From NCBI RefSeq assembly GCF_036971445.1, contig NC_091469.1, forward strand, positions 421,476,001 through 421,540,000: a stretch of 64,000 nt of DNA, written 5' to 3'. A model generated the notes under the pieces. It was not told the DNA's origin. It worked only from the letters and a program-made list of their open reading frames with translations, and did not search any database. The DNA comes from Narcine bancroftii (lineage: Eukaryota). A program made the translations under genes and the position numbers. This document shows, one piece after another, positions 49,401 through 61,194 of the stretch (its first letter is position 1; every line of letters begins with the position of its first letter).

Positions 49401-52400
49401 ATCGGCATTCCAAAGGAAGGACATTAATAGAAAGTAACACACATTTTCTCTCAGGGCTTCCATAATGTTCAAATTTTATTTATTTATTTTGTATAGTGTT
49501 CCTTTAGGTTCATGGAATTAATTGTGTTTCAGTGGAGACAAATATCGAACTAAAAAAGCAAATTGTTAGTAAATACGTTGCCACAAATTTTCAAACGTAA
49601 ACCTTTGACTGTCGTCTGACCTTGTAGAAATAAAGAACTTGTTACGTCTTCCTGAAATGGTTTCATTAATAACTGTTGTGTTTACTGGAATGGAAGATAT
49701 TATAGTAAACGGCTGAAGGATTGCGTTATATCCCGTCACAGTTGCAATTGAGGGACTACAGGTGAACCCACTAAATTAGCCAGTTTGTCTTTTATTTTGT
49801 TACCAGAGATATGTCCTTCAAAAATAAGGCGTAGAATTAATTAGCCTCCACACCTTCTCTAAATGAAATCTCATTCCGCAACAATAGAAGGTTCAATTTC
49901 AAATATTTATACATTACACTGGTCAGCAATCAGGTTCTCTTGAAAAAAAAGTGTTAAATTCTCTTAGAGAAAGCTAATTTAGGATCAATACGCAAAAGAA
50001 CATATCACAACATTTATTATTTTCCCACCTCATTTTGATATTTTATGTTTGTTTCATCTAATGTTTGCAGTTGCGACGTTAGCAAATTCATGATGTATTT
50101 TTTTCTTGATTCCGGATCATTAGATTAAACGCCTTTGGCAAGGAAGGTAGAAAAACGCTCCCCTCTCTTACTAAAATATACGATTTGGATCGGGAATAGT
50201 CTCATTGTTTGGCGGACTTACATTCCTTAAATCAAAGAGACGATGTTTTTAGGAAAGAAAAGAAGGAATTTAAGAAAAGCGCATCTGCACACTCTGCGAC
50301 TCACCAGCAGAGCTCGCTTTAGACCAAGTTCACAGTCAGTATTAGCATGGACTGGGAGCTCATGTGTCCATTGTTCTATCGGTATAACAGAAAAGAACGA
50401 AAATGCTAAACATACTAAATTGATTTGGTTTTTTTTTTGGTATACTATCTATAATTGCATCGGCTGGCTGCTGCAATAAAAATAACTTACCCATTTTGGC
50501 ACATCCAACAAAATAAAGGAGCACTTGAATAAACAGCGTGCAGACTGTGGAGGTTCATCCCATTTTTGAGATTAAACGAATGTTTCACATATGGGGGGAC
50601 GGAATGGGAAAAGGGTTGGGTACAGGACAGAAGGGGGAGGGGGTAGGTGCAATTGTTTTAGCTTTCCCAAAATTGAAATTCGCAGTATATCATGAAAATC
50701 GTGAACGAAAGGGCATATTATTTAGTCCTCGGTGGTGCTTTGAAAAAGGCTCCCTGTACGGTGGTTGGCAGGGCGGTACAACTATAGGTCAAAAAGTTGA
50801 GGGTCAAAAGTTTACGTTTTGCACGACTTGTAATCATCTGCTCAGACAGAGTTTGATGTCAATGTTATAGCACGATCTTGACTATCAGCACAAAAGATAA
50901 AATAGCTTTGAGTTACCCGTGTATCATGCTATGGACTCCAGGTGAACTCTAGCGACTGAACGACCTCAATTACTGACGAAATGAAAGAAAAAAAAATGCT
51001 CTTTTCAAAACCGAGACACATTGTATTTTAAATTGAAAAATCGACCACCGTATTTTTGCGATATTTGGTAAATAGAGCAGGGAAATATTTAGTAACGACA
51101 AAAATCAAGTCTAAAATATAATAATTTTTTTTAGCATTTCAATTTTCTTCGTGAAATATCGTTTATAAGGGATGAAATAGAGCAGCAGTCTGCCTTTCGA
51201 ATTCCACCATAAAATAGAGCATACAACCACACAAGGCAAAGATCGACATCAATTAAATTTGGATTCATAAAATCCTTTAAAAAGAACAAAAAAGACCAAT
51301 CGCTGCTAATTTCGAAGTGATGAACATTTCATAAATACATAGGTTTCAATCAACATATAGTTTTAATCATAAAATTATATAGGTTTGTGTTCTTTTCTCT
51401 ATTCCTTTCAGATAGTTTTGTTAACTTCGATAGAAGTAAAACAATTAGGGGGGTGGGGGGGGGGGGGGGAACACGGGTCATAAAATGCTGTTGAAACAAA
51501 TTTTTTTCCTGAAGTACTTCTATTTATAGAACAACTATTTGGCTATGTCATTCGTTCCTATTTTATTGTCGCTAGACTATATTTTAGCAATGATATGCAC
51601 ATCAGTCTGCATTAGAACTAGTATCTCTTTATGGCTAATGCTAAAAAGGTATACGAAATAATTGTCAGTCGTGCTTGTATCCCACGTCGACAGTTGAATC
51701 GCTGAAGTACAAATTTTATTTGGGATATTAAGTCAATGTGTAATATTTTATGCCAAATGTAAGCATGTAGCTGCGCCACTATCGCTTGGACGCATCAAAG
51801 ATTTTTAAAAATCAAGTCAATTTTAATTAAATATACTGCGAGAAAATATAAAATCACATTAAAATGTCTCGTGAATTTCATTATAGTTAGCAAATTACGA
51901 GGAACAGGGTACAATGTATTTCGCAAAACAATATTACAATTCCACCTTGGGTCTGAAAAATGTGTGGTTTCGAAAATCATTAGGTCACAGGTAATAGGTT
52001 GGTTAAAAAAAGATGAGCAATTGCAGAGACAAACGAAAATAATTATTTCTACGGGCAGGGCGAATTGCGTATCCTGTATACAAAAAGTTTGCAAAAGACA
52101 AAACATTTCATATGCGATACGAAAATAAATGCATTATTCAGTAGGTCAAGAAGCCATCTTTGTTCGGAGTTCTTATAACCTTCTCTCCCCCCCCCCCCCC
52201 CCCCCCCACACACACCCGCCCCCAACCCTTCCTCATTACATTCTTCTTGAAACTTACAATATTTATTTAAATTAAAAAATCAGTACATTTATGCGTATGT
52301 ATGGATAAGTAGGAATAAAGCGATTTAAGAGAGTGTATTTATCTGAATAATTGTTAGAGCCGGACCCATAGAAATGTAGCGGATTTTGATGAAAGAGATT

Positions 52401-53164
52401 GGCATGTTATAGTTCAACAAATAGGACATAAGAGAAGACAGAAATCCATCATGCATAAACTGACTTTTTTCCTCCCTGATAAAGATGGGAAACTTCTTTC
52501 AAACGAATAATTTTGTTTTGCAACGTTGACACTTGTTACTATAATAGTTTGTAAGAGATTAAATCGTAGACCTTCAGCAACAAAACAAGGTATTAGGAAC
52601 ACACGATCACAGACATCGAGAAAACGGGCTACGCAACAGTATGTTAAACCTTAAGGTTATATTTTAAAAGTGACGTTTTCCTAAAAATAAAACATTTACT
52701 TTTGGAGTACGCACGTTTAAAATAAAATGCAGGGGATGAAATTTGGAACACTATAGTATAGGGTGGACGTACAAACGACTTGAAATTAAATGCAGATGTA
52801 TTCGTAAAACAATGCAGCCCTTTGTCGAACTTTTTTGTAAGTTAAAATTAATTTCTAATTCCAAAAAGCAAAATATCCGATCATGGATGTTGTTCAATGT
52901 TACTCAATATATTTCTAACTTAATTATTTCTGTGTTTCATCAAACAGATTTTTACAAAATTGGTGAGATTTCACTCGAGGTTATATTTGCAAACATTTAA
53001 AGACGATTACCCAGTAGGCTATTGCAGCACCCGGGACTGCATAGAACCCATGCATTTTGGCAACTCCACCCCCCCCCCCTCCACAAAGGTAATGACCTGG
53101 GCAAAAGACCCTGGTATTTGAAAGAGTACTATAGGCCTTTTAGAAATGGCTAAGTCCAAGGCCG

Positions 53165-53181
53165 AGGTGAAATTCAGGTCA
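53165..53181 (+). promoter_or_regulatory. DR5 retinoic-acid response element upstream of HoxA4
   Basis: AGGTGA-aattc-AGGTCA about 3 kb upstream of the HoxA4 ATG, matching the form and position of the known HoxA4 5' RARE. Confidence 0.8.
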
Positions 53182-55974
53182 CCGCGTCTAACAAATATGA
53201 AAATGTCGCCTCGCGAATGGCACGCCTTGTTACTTAACAAAGACTGTCAATGTATAAGATTAATAAGAAACAAAATGCACACGGTGTCACTTTTCGGTCA
53301 GTTCCAAACTTAGCTTCACGTATCCCTTGCGAAATCTCATTTCATTGAATAAAATCTTTTGTTTTGTTTCCCGTGTCGAAGTCCAATAAATGCACAGTTG
53401 TACAGCTCTGTGGGATGCGGTGCAAGCTTGCTCCAAGATGTATCTTCGAAATGTACCATTTTATTTGTTTTATTTTGTTTTTGACTCGGACTCTGGCTGT
53501 TTTAACCATATGCCCCATATCGAGATGGGTTACAAGTATACTTAGTATGATAGAATATATCTGATAAACCCGAGCTGCGCTGATGGATTCGGACGCTTAT
53601 TGAAGAAAATATGACATCCATAATCATCTAAACTACTGATTTGCTGTTCGGAAGAGTTAAGATTGGTAAAGTGTAATTTCTGTTTAATTAAACCTCGAAA
53701 CAATCTATCCTTCAATGCCTTAGAACTTGGGTCGTCTTTCTTGCGAAATAGATTTCGTAAAGTCGACTTTTGCTAACATTCAAATTTGATGGAAGTTATT
53801 TAAATGCTAGTGTTTTGGGAAAGTCGTGTAAAGCGTTAACGTTCCCTTTCTCTTTAAAATGGCTGTAAATCTACCCTTGCAGTAAAAATGTCAAATGTGC
53901 ACGCAGGCGAAGTAACACTTGGGGGTCTTGGCTCCATCTCTGTTTATTATGAAAAAATGCGGTGGCGACTGACCTGCATTTTCTCGTCTTCAGAAACGCC
54001 CTGTGTTTATACGATAAGCTCTAATTCCCTTTTTTTTCGACAAAGAACGTAAATACAGACATTGCCCGAGTTAATTAGCGGATTGCTTTATTTAATGGCA
54101 AGTTCGTTGGTCAGTGCAAAACATTGCACACTGCGCCTACAAAAGGGGGTGGGGGTGGGGTGAGGGTGGGGGAGAGGAAGGGACGCACAATTATTTTTAA
54201 AAGTTTGGGTTTCAGTAAAAAAAGGAATTTTGTCCAGCAAAACATTAAATATTATTCACATCATTCGGATAACTATTTCGTACCATTACAAATAATATAT
54301 TGTTTAAATGTAAACATGTGCACAAGCTATTCTTGGTGTATGTGAAATAAAATTGCGTAAAATATGATTGTTGCTGTTAAAGTCACATCTTACAGGGCCT
54401 CTTTGTCTAGTAAGCAGTGGAAATAAGCTTTTATTAATTACACAGAAAGTCAATTGATTTTACAGCCTGATGTTTAATTGAACGGGTTCTAATGGACGAT
54501 TACACTGCGCTGTAAAACAGGGTGGGTTGGTAAATGTAGTCTACTTACTCCTTGTTCCAGAAGCTAGAAAAGATATCACTTGAATAAAATGTGAGCAAAT
54601 ATGTCCAGATACAGTGTATTGTCCAAACAATAAAATAGAGCTTTTAACGCATCCTTTATTGACAAGAACGAATGTTATGAATCACTTTCATTGCAGACCC
54701 GAAAGCATATTACATGTGATTACTTTGGAAATATAACGCGCAATGCACCAACCTGGCACGTCTCTGTTCAGGGAACTTCTTAGTGCGTATATTCGGGTTA
54801 GATCTGAATTCGTAAAGAAGCATACTAGAATTTTAATCAGGATAACTAAACTAAGAAGATCATTTTAGAATTTTGCGGAAGTTATTGTTGCCTTTTGAAA
54901 AAGGAAGGAAGTAAACATTAGTGAAGGTGATATCAATAGACTTATTTTGAACCATTTCTATAACAGATTACGTTTATTAAAGTGACATTTTTTTTGTTTC
55001 ACGCAGAATTAACAATAATGTGATATAATCATTTGCTCTTTAAATGATTTTCTCAGTAATTAGCAATGGGGGGGGGATAAAATAAGAAGGCTTGTTTCAA
55101 AATTCAGATAAACAAAATTAACTACGTTTATTAAATTCTCTGTAATAAATATCAATTCAAATTAATCGTGTTACTGAACAGTTGTGCTTTGTGCATGCTA
55201 TTTTATATAAAAGTAATGCAATCACTATCCCTCTTTACTGTGCATTTACAGTAATGTCATGTTCGTTTCAGTCACTTTTATTTCATGATCTTAGTTAAAT
55301 AAGATTTGAAAAGAAAAAGCTCAGAGGACAATGTAAAATAAAATGTTTCACATTCGAAAATTAAATTATAGTGTGTTTTAACAAGATGCAATGATACCAT
55401 GAGTGAATATTTATTGGTTACATAATATTTTGTAATATACATAAAGTAACTCGACATTATCATCCAACATTCTCTTCGGTTACATAAGACTTAGAGAGTG
55501 TGATTTTTCATTGAACATTTTAGTGAAATGTTTGAAAAGAGTTATTTTCAGGACAATAAATCCAGTAGCTTCGGAATTTTATGGGAATTCTTCTTTCATT
55601 AACTGAATCTTAGTTATTGCAATGAGGACAAATTAACTCTCCTAATTATTTCCACGAATCCCCTTAACTTTTCCCCCGATAAATGGGTGAAACATGTTTG
55701 TAGAGTCGCATTCTCAGAAAAGAGTAAACTGTTTCAGACATTATCAGAGCGCTGTTGATACTATCTTGTGATCTTGTCCCCGTTAACACACACTCTGCAG
55801 TATGTTTTCGATAAAATATCGTAATTCTATTGCATATTTTAAATAATTTCACAATTAGCTTTTTTTCCTTGATTAGTCCAGAGTTTTTCTTTACCTTTCA
55901 ATGCGGCAACATAATTTCGAAGAAACGAGATTTTGAATGATAATATGGAATTTTTCACTGGACTCCATGCATTC

Positions 55975-56138
55975 ATCATTGGTGTATTTCCTTATCCGGG
56001 ACCCACAGGCACACATCCCATTGGCTGGTTACATCACATGAACAGCTAACTTTATACACTTGACAGCAAGTAGGAGGGTTTTATGGAACAGAAAAACGAC
56101 AACGCGAGAAAAATTAGTATTTTGCACTTCAGAAATTA
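55975..56138 (+). promoter_or_regulatory. HoxA4 proximal promoter / 5'UTR
   Basis: Two inverted CCAAT boxes, a CACATG E-box, TTTTATGG, and the Hox4-typical leader agaaattaATG. Confidence 0.6.
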
Positions 56139-56556
56139 ATGACCATGAGTTCGTTTTTGATAAACTCCAACTACGTTGAGCCAAAATTTCCACCTTGTGA
56201 GGAATATTCTCAAAATAACTACATACCAAGCCAATCTCCTGAATACTACGAACGGCCGCGGGACACTGGATTCCATCATGAGGCACTATACCCACAATCA
56301 AACTACCCAGAGCCGAGCTACAGCTTCAACAATGTCCAAGGCACTGGCAACCAAGACATGTCGCAAAGGGGTCATATGCAGTCGCAGGCTCGCCTCCAAA
56401 ATCACATACCGAGGCAGAACCAGCTTTGTGAAGTGGTCCCAGTAGCCACACCAGCTTTGTGTAGCCAAAATGCGAAAAATCCCACGGCCCAAAAGGGCAC
56501 TCTCAGCAAAGAGCCCATAGTTTACCCGTGGATGAAGAAAATTCACGTTACTACCG
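56139..56556 (+). CDS. hoxa4: HoxA4 exon 1
   Basis: MTMSSFLINSNYVEPKFPPCEEYSQ and KEPIVYPWMKKIHV. Donor ACCG|gtaagt, phase 1. Confidence 0.94.
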
Positions 56557-56634
56557 GTAAGTAACTAAAGCTAACTGAAACAATTAAAATTCACTTGAAA
56601 TCGGATGTGCGGAACGCTTTCTGTAACTCGCCCT

Positions 56635-56702
56635 TTCATGAGATTTACGATCACCTAACTGTTAGGTCGGTAATTACAGAGCCTATAAATTTGATTGCCC
56701 TG
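56635..56702 (+). promoter_or_regulatory. HB1-type homeodomain-binding element in the Hox4 intron
   Basis: TTTACGA...TAATTAC...TATAAATTTGATT in the 5' part of the intron, the arrangement known for paralog-4 introns. Confidence 0.55.
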
Positions 56703-56905
56703 GATCTCGCTTCTGGCCATGTGTCTTTGATGCTTTTCTAACCTAAATACCCAGAGCCATTTTATTGCAGTAGATTGTTCTCCGTTGTCAGTGCACTGTG
56801 ACAAAAACTCTAGACTTTCATAACCTTCATTCACGTGCATCTAATCCCATTGTCAGATTCGTGCCTGTCTCTGTATTTATGTTTGGTTACTTTTTTTTTG
56901 TTCAG

Positions 56906-57231
56906 TGAACCCAAATTACACTGGAGGAGAGCCCAAACGGTCTCGAACTGCTTACACCAGACAACAAGTATTAGAGCTGGAGAAGGAGTTCCATTTTAAC
57001 CGTTACCTAACCAGGCGTCGACGCATTGAGATTGCACACACTCTTTGCCTGTCTGAACGCCAGGTGAAGATCTGGTTTCAGAACAGAAGAATGAAATGGA
57101 AGAAAGATCACAAACTGCCTAACACTAAGATGCGTTCTGCTAGCTCATCATCTTCTGCAAGCCAGCAAACACAAGTATCCTCCCAGGGCCCACAGCCAGA
57201 TGGTTCAGCACCAAATTCATCAAGCCTATAG
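56906..57231 (+). CDS. hoxa4: HoxA4 exon 2 (homeodomain)
   Basis: Acceptor ttgttcag|TG. Encodes [34 protein letters not shown]...[14 protein letters not shown]...; PNTKMRS is A4-typical. Confidence 0.95.
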
Positions 57232-59959
57232 CTGCTTCGAGTCTCCAACCCCTCTCCCACAACATAGTTTGGACCAAAATGTGTTTGCCACATAATTGAC
57301 TTGAATGGGGAAGGATTTCTTGTAATGAGAATTTTCTTCCAAGAGATATGCTGTTAACCTCATTAGGGTCAAGCATTTCTATTGTGTTTACCCATTCTCA
57401 GCAGACTTTAAAAATGTTTTCTGTTTGATTGGGTACATTCTGTATCCTTCATTAGCCCCACATAAACCGATGCTAACTACTGTCAAGGTGTTTTCTATCA
57501 TGATATTCAAAGCAAAAAGAGCAAAGGACCGTGAATAATAGATATTGCGAGGAACCGTAAACGTCATCATTTCAACTAGTGTAGTCTGTTGAAAGAAATT
57601 GTGAGAATATAAGAATAAACATGTTTTAGAGATGAGAAAGGCAGCAATATTTGTGGATGTGGAAATGGATTTTAGAGCGAATAAACTGTTCAGATGCTAC
57701 ATATATAGGAAATAAATTATGTCGCCAGCGTTATTTAAGGTGTATTCTTTATTTTAAATCTGTATCCTCTATCTAGTTGTGATACTGATATCAGTATAAC
57801 GAACGCGCAAGGAGCTTATTCTGAGATTTCAGACAAGTTGATGTATATTTAACAATTTTGGTACAGTCCAAGAGTGACGAAACTGTACAAATCATTGGTA
57901 AGGTTTGTGTATTTTCTGTGGATATTTCAGTGTGCTATGTGCAGTGCCAAATGTTGCGAAGACGAAAAACATAATTTACAGTGTAAAACAAAGCCTCAGG
58001 CTTTAAATAAAATGTTAATTCGTGGAACATTTCAGTTCTTATGTGTACAATTTTCTTGCAGCCAGGATTTAATAAACACGCCGAAGCAAGGAATTCCTTC
58101 CCCTCCAAAACAGTGAAGTGACTTTTATTTATTCGTGGGCTAAAAAATGCAGCTTTCTGAAAAAAATGCAAAGAAATTGCGTGATTTCAATGAATAACAG
58201 CGAAAAAGGATAAATTGTTATCTGGATCTATAATTCATCTTTCTACAGTCTTTCCACATCAAGTTCTACGTCACTAGGTCGTAAATAATGCAGTAAAATG
58301 TGAGGCGATCAAATAATAAGTCATCTGCAAGGTGGCGAATAAGGTATTTTATAGCCCTAATGTTATACCTCTGATCCTGGAAGGAAGTGTAATCATGTGA
58401 AATTATTTTAGGCTGACTTTGCATTCTTGGGCCAGAGAGATTTTAACTTTAAAAAACACAAGCAGTATTTATAATTATAACTGTTCTCTCTGGCAAGGAA
58501 TACAGAAAACTGCGGGAGTAAATAAGCGAATATTTACACAAACACAATTTTGTTAATTTGTTAAACGCAAAGACGTGGCTGAAGATTTTTAATATTATGA
58601 CAGTCTCATCTGCTCGATTACATTGTCTGTTTGGTAATACAGATTTTCGAGATTCTAAAAAAGAAACAGCGAACTGGGAACACATTTGGATAACAAATGA
58701 CGCGTTCTTCAATCCCTGATATACATCGATTTAGATACATGTTTTTGTCGTAACAATGGTTACAATTTACACTACAACATGTCCTTCTCTTTTTTTTATT
58801 TTTCTCTGCAAATTATGTAGATAATGAGAACAAACAATATCAATGCGCATATGTGTGGTGAGGGAAATCGTGTCAGATGCATTTCCTCCCAAATTTATTT
58901 TGTCTGCAAATTGGAAGTCTGTAGTTACTTATCATACATAAACTAGACAGAATCTTTGCCAGGAATTGAACAAAAATATATAACCATTTGACATTTTAAA
59001 CTTCTTTTAAAGATGCATTTTCCCGCAATCTGTCAAAGCACGTTGTTTTTTTTTTAAGGAATTGCAAGTGCTCATGTCAAACATAAATTTTATAATATAC
59101 GGCTTTGTAAAATAGCTTTACGACCACTGCAGACGAATTTTAAAAGGACAAAAAAAAAACGATGAGAAACTTCAACCATTAGACAACCGTCCTTGCTTAT
59201 CTGTAAAAGGAATTTTAAACAGATTGAAAATAACAGATTTTACCGAGAATCATTAATCACCTCATTCAATAAATACTTCTTTGTATACTTCAACAGCAAC
59301 TCTGAAGGGTGTTCTTTTAGAAAAGTGTATGAACACATTGGATCTCTTGAATAAAATGTGGCCATCTCGACACACACCGTGCTCCCCCTCCCTTCACTCT
59401 TGGAACAGTTGTGGAGCTTTAGCTAGACCACGTTTATTGCAACAGGAAATTACAAAACACATATTTTCAAAGGCGAAATATAATTTACAACATGTAAAAA
59501 CAGTTTTGGAAAGTGCAAGTTGATTATAGCTCATATTTTATAGGACCAAAACTTTAAATGCCTTCAGCACATGAAACGCCGTTTGCATCTTTTTTCTTTC
59601 TCTTTGATGTTTTTAGTTTATTGTAAATCGAACGGTCTTTTGTAATAAAAAGTTGCATTGTTTGTCAACGGCTGAGCAACCAGAGTGAGTTCAGCAAGAG
59701 GACAAATTTTCTGACCGATTAGCCATTTTTAGAGTTGCAGACTGACCCTCTCAAACCCTTGACCTTTAAAAGATGGACAGTGCTCTTTCCACTATTTCCT
59801 ATACTCCCAGATAAGAGCCAAAAGAATACAGCCTATTATCATAAATGTCTAAACGATATGTATTAAATTTATTTTTAAGTATAGGGCGATATTTAATATT
59901 ACGCACAGGTTATTGTCACCGACACAGACACACTCAGGGGCACATAAGCACGCATACAT

Positions 59960-59961
<2 letters not shown>

Positions 59962-60010
<49 letters not shown>
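59962..60010. repeat. (AC)n microsatellite
   Basis: About 24 uninterrupted AC units. Confidence 0.97.
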
Positions 60011-60014
<4 letters not shown>

Positions 60015-60959
60015 GTGGCGTCTGCTTATGTCAAGAAAAAATATCGAAGATTTATTTTTAAGCTTGGAAAGTTCCACGTGTTGTGAATAGTCTAGTTAAT
60101 AACACTTTTATAGTTAATGGCTTTAGAGAATGGATCCAATCCTTCATTTCCAATCGTGAGGATACTCCATTGTTTCGATTATTGAAGAGAATAACTCATA
60201 CCATTTAAAAAAAAACCTAAACGTGGGTTTACTGTCCTGATACGGTATTTGCACCCATGTCGTTTTGCAGCCAAATTTTAGAGTGTTAATGGTAATTAAT
60301 TAAAATTATTACAAATGTTTCTTCATTTGAAACATGTAAGAGGATGTAAAACGTGCATGATCATGAAGTACTCAGGATACTACGATCTGAGTTGAAAGCA
60401 TAACTAGAAGAGCAATCAAAATTGTTACCAACCATTAAATTTACTGGGGATATGATTAAATCGGCTGTTTTTGAAGCATACTGTTCATTATCACACTTGA
60501 AATATTTAGTCTGTGCACTGTACTAATCGTAGAGTCCCGTAGATCTCCAGACATAATTTAAAGCTCAGTACATATTTTGGGTGATATAATAAAATATCGA
60601 CTGTGGCTAGTGAGGGTCGATTCGGTGTCAAATTTAACACACTTATAGGATGTAAAATCACATATGAAAGAGTTAGACTTCCATGTGACTTTTATGTATG
60701 CGGGGTAATGTAGCACTGGCTTCAATATCAACCTGTCAGGCGGACAATAAAGGCAGCTTGAAGAAATGCCCAGGAATATTGGACTGAGGCAGCTCAAAAT
60801 GTAGGTGACATATATGGCGGACCTGTCAAATCTGGGATCAGCACAGGCCACTCATTTTGTATTATCACTTACCAGTGAGCATCCATAGACTAATAGAGAG
60901 CGCGAACAATAAAGATTCAACCAAGAAGAGCGCAAAGAGAGAGAGAAAAAAACTCCACA

Positions 60960-61194
60960 CTCCAAGATAAAGGGTCACGAGTCTTCTCCGTGTATGTATT
61001 GAAATTTTAATCTCTCTCGTCACGTGACTCATTAAATAATTAATGCAGCCAGTCCGGAATAGATATGTAGTCGTCAGTATTCGCACTAGATCGGTTTCAG
61101 TCTGCTGTGAAAATGAACTTTCCTTTAAAAATAAGTCTATAATTGGAAGATCAGTCTCAGAAAGTGAAGTGGCTCAAATCAGCTAAGAATTGTG
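60960..61194 (+). promoter_or_regulatory. Putative HoxA3 upstream promoter and non-coding exon
   Basis: Palindromic GTCACGTGAC E-box (61019-61028), then CATTAAATAATTAAT homeodomain sites, then a strong donor GTG|gtaagt at 61194/61195. Confidence 0.45.

Noticed and set aside
53871-53900. ctacccttgcag as a miR-10 seed-like sequence
   Set aside because: Only about 6 nt match and there is no complementary arm.
59743-59765. TGACCC...TGACCT pair as a RARE
   Set aside because: The 11-bp spacer is not a DR1, DR2 or DR5 geometry.
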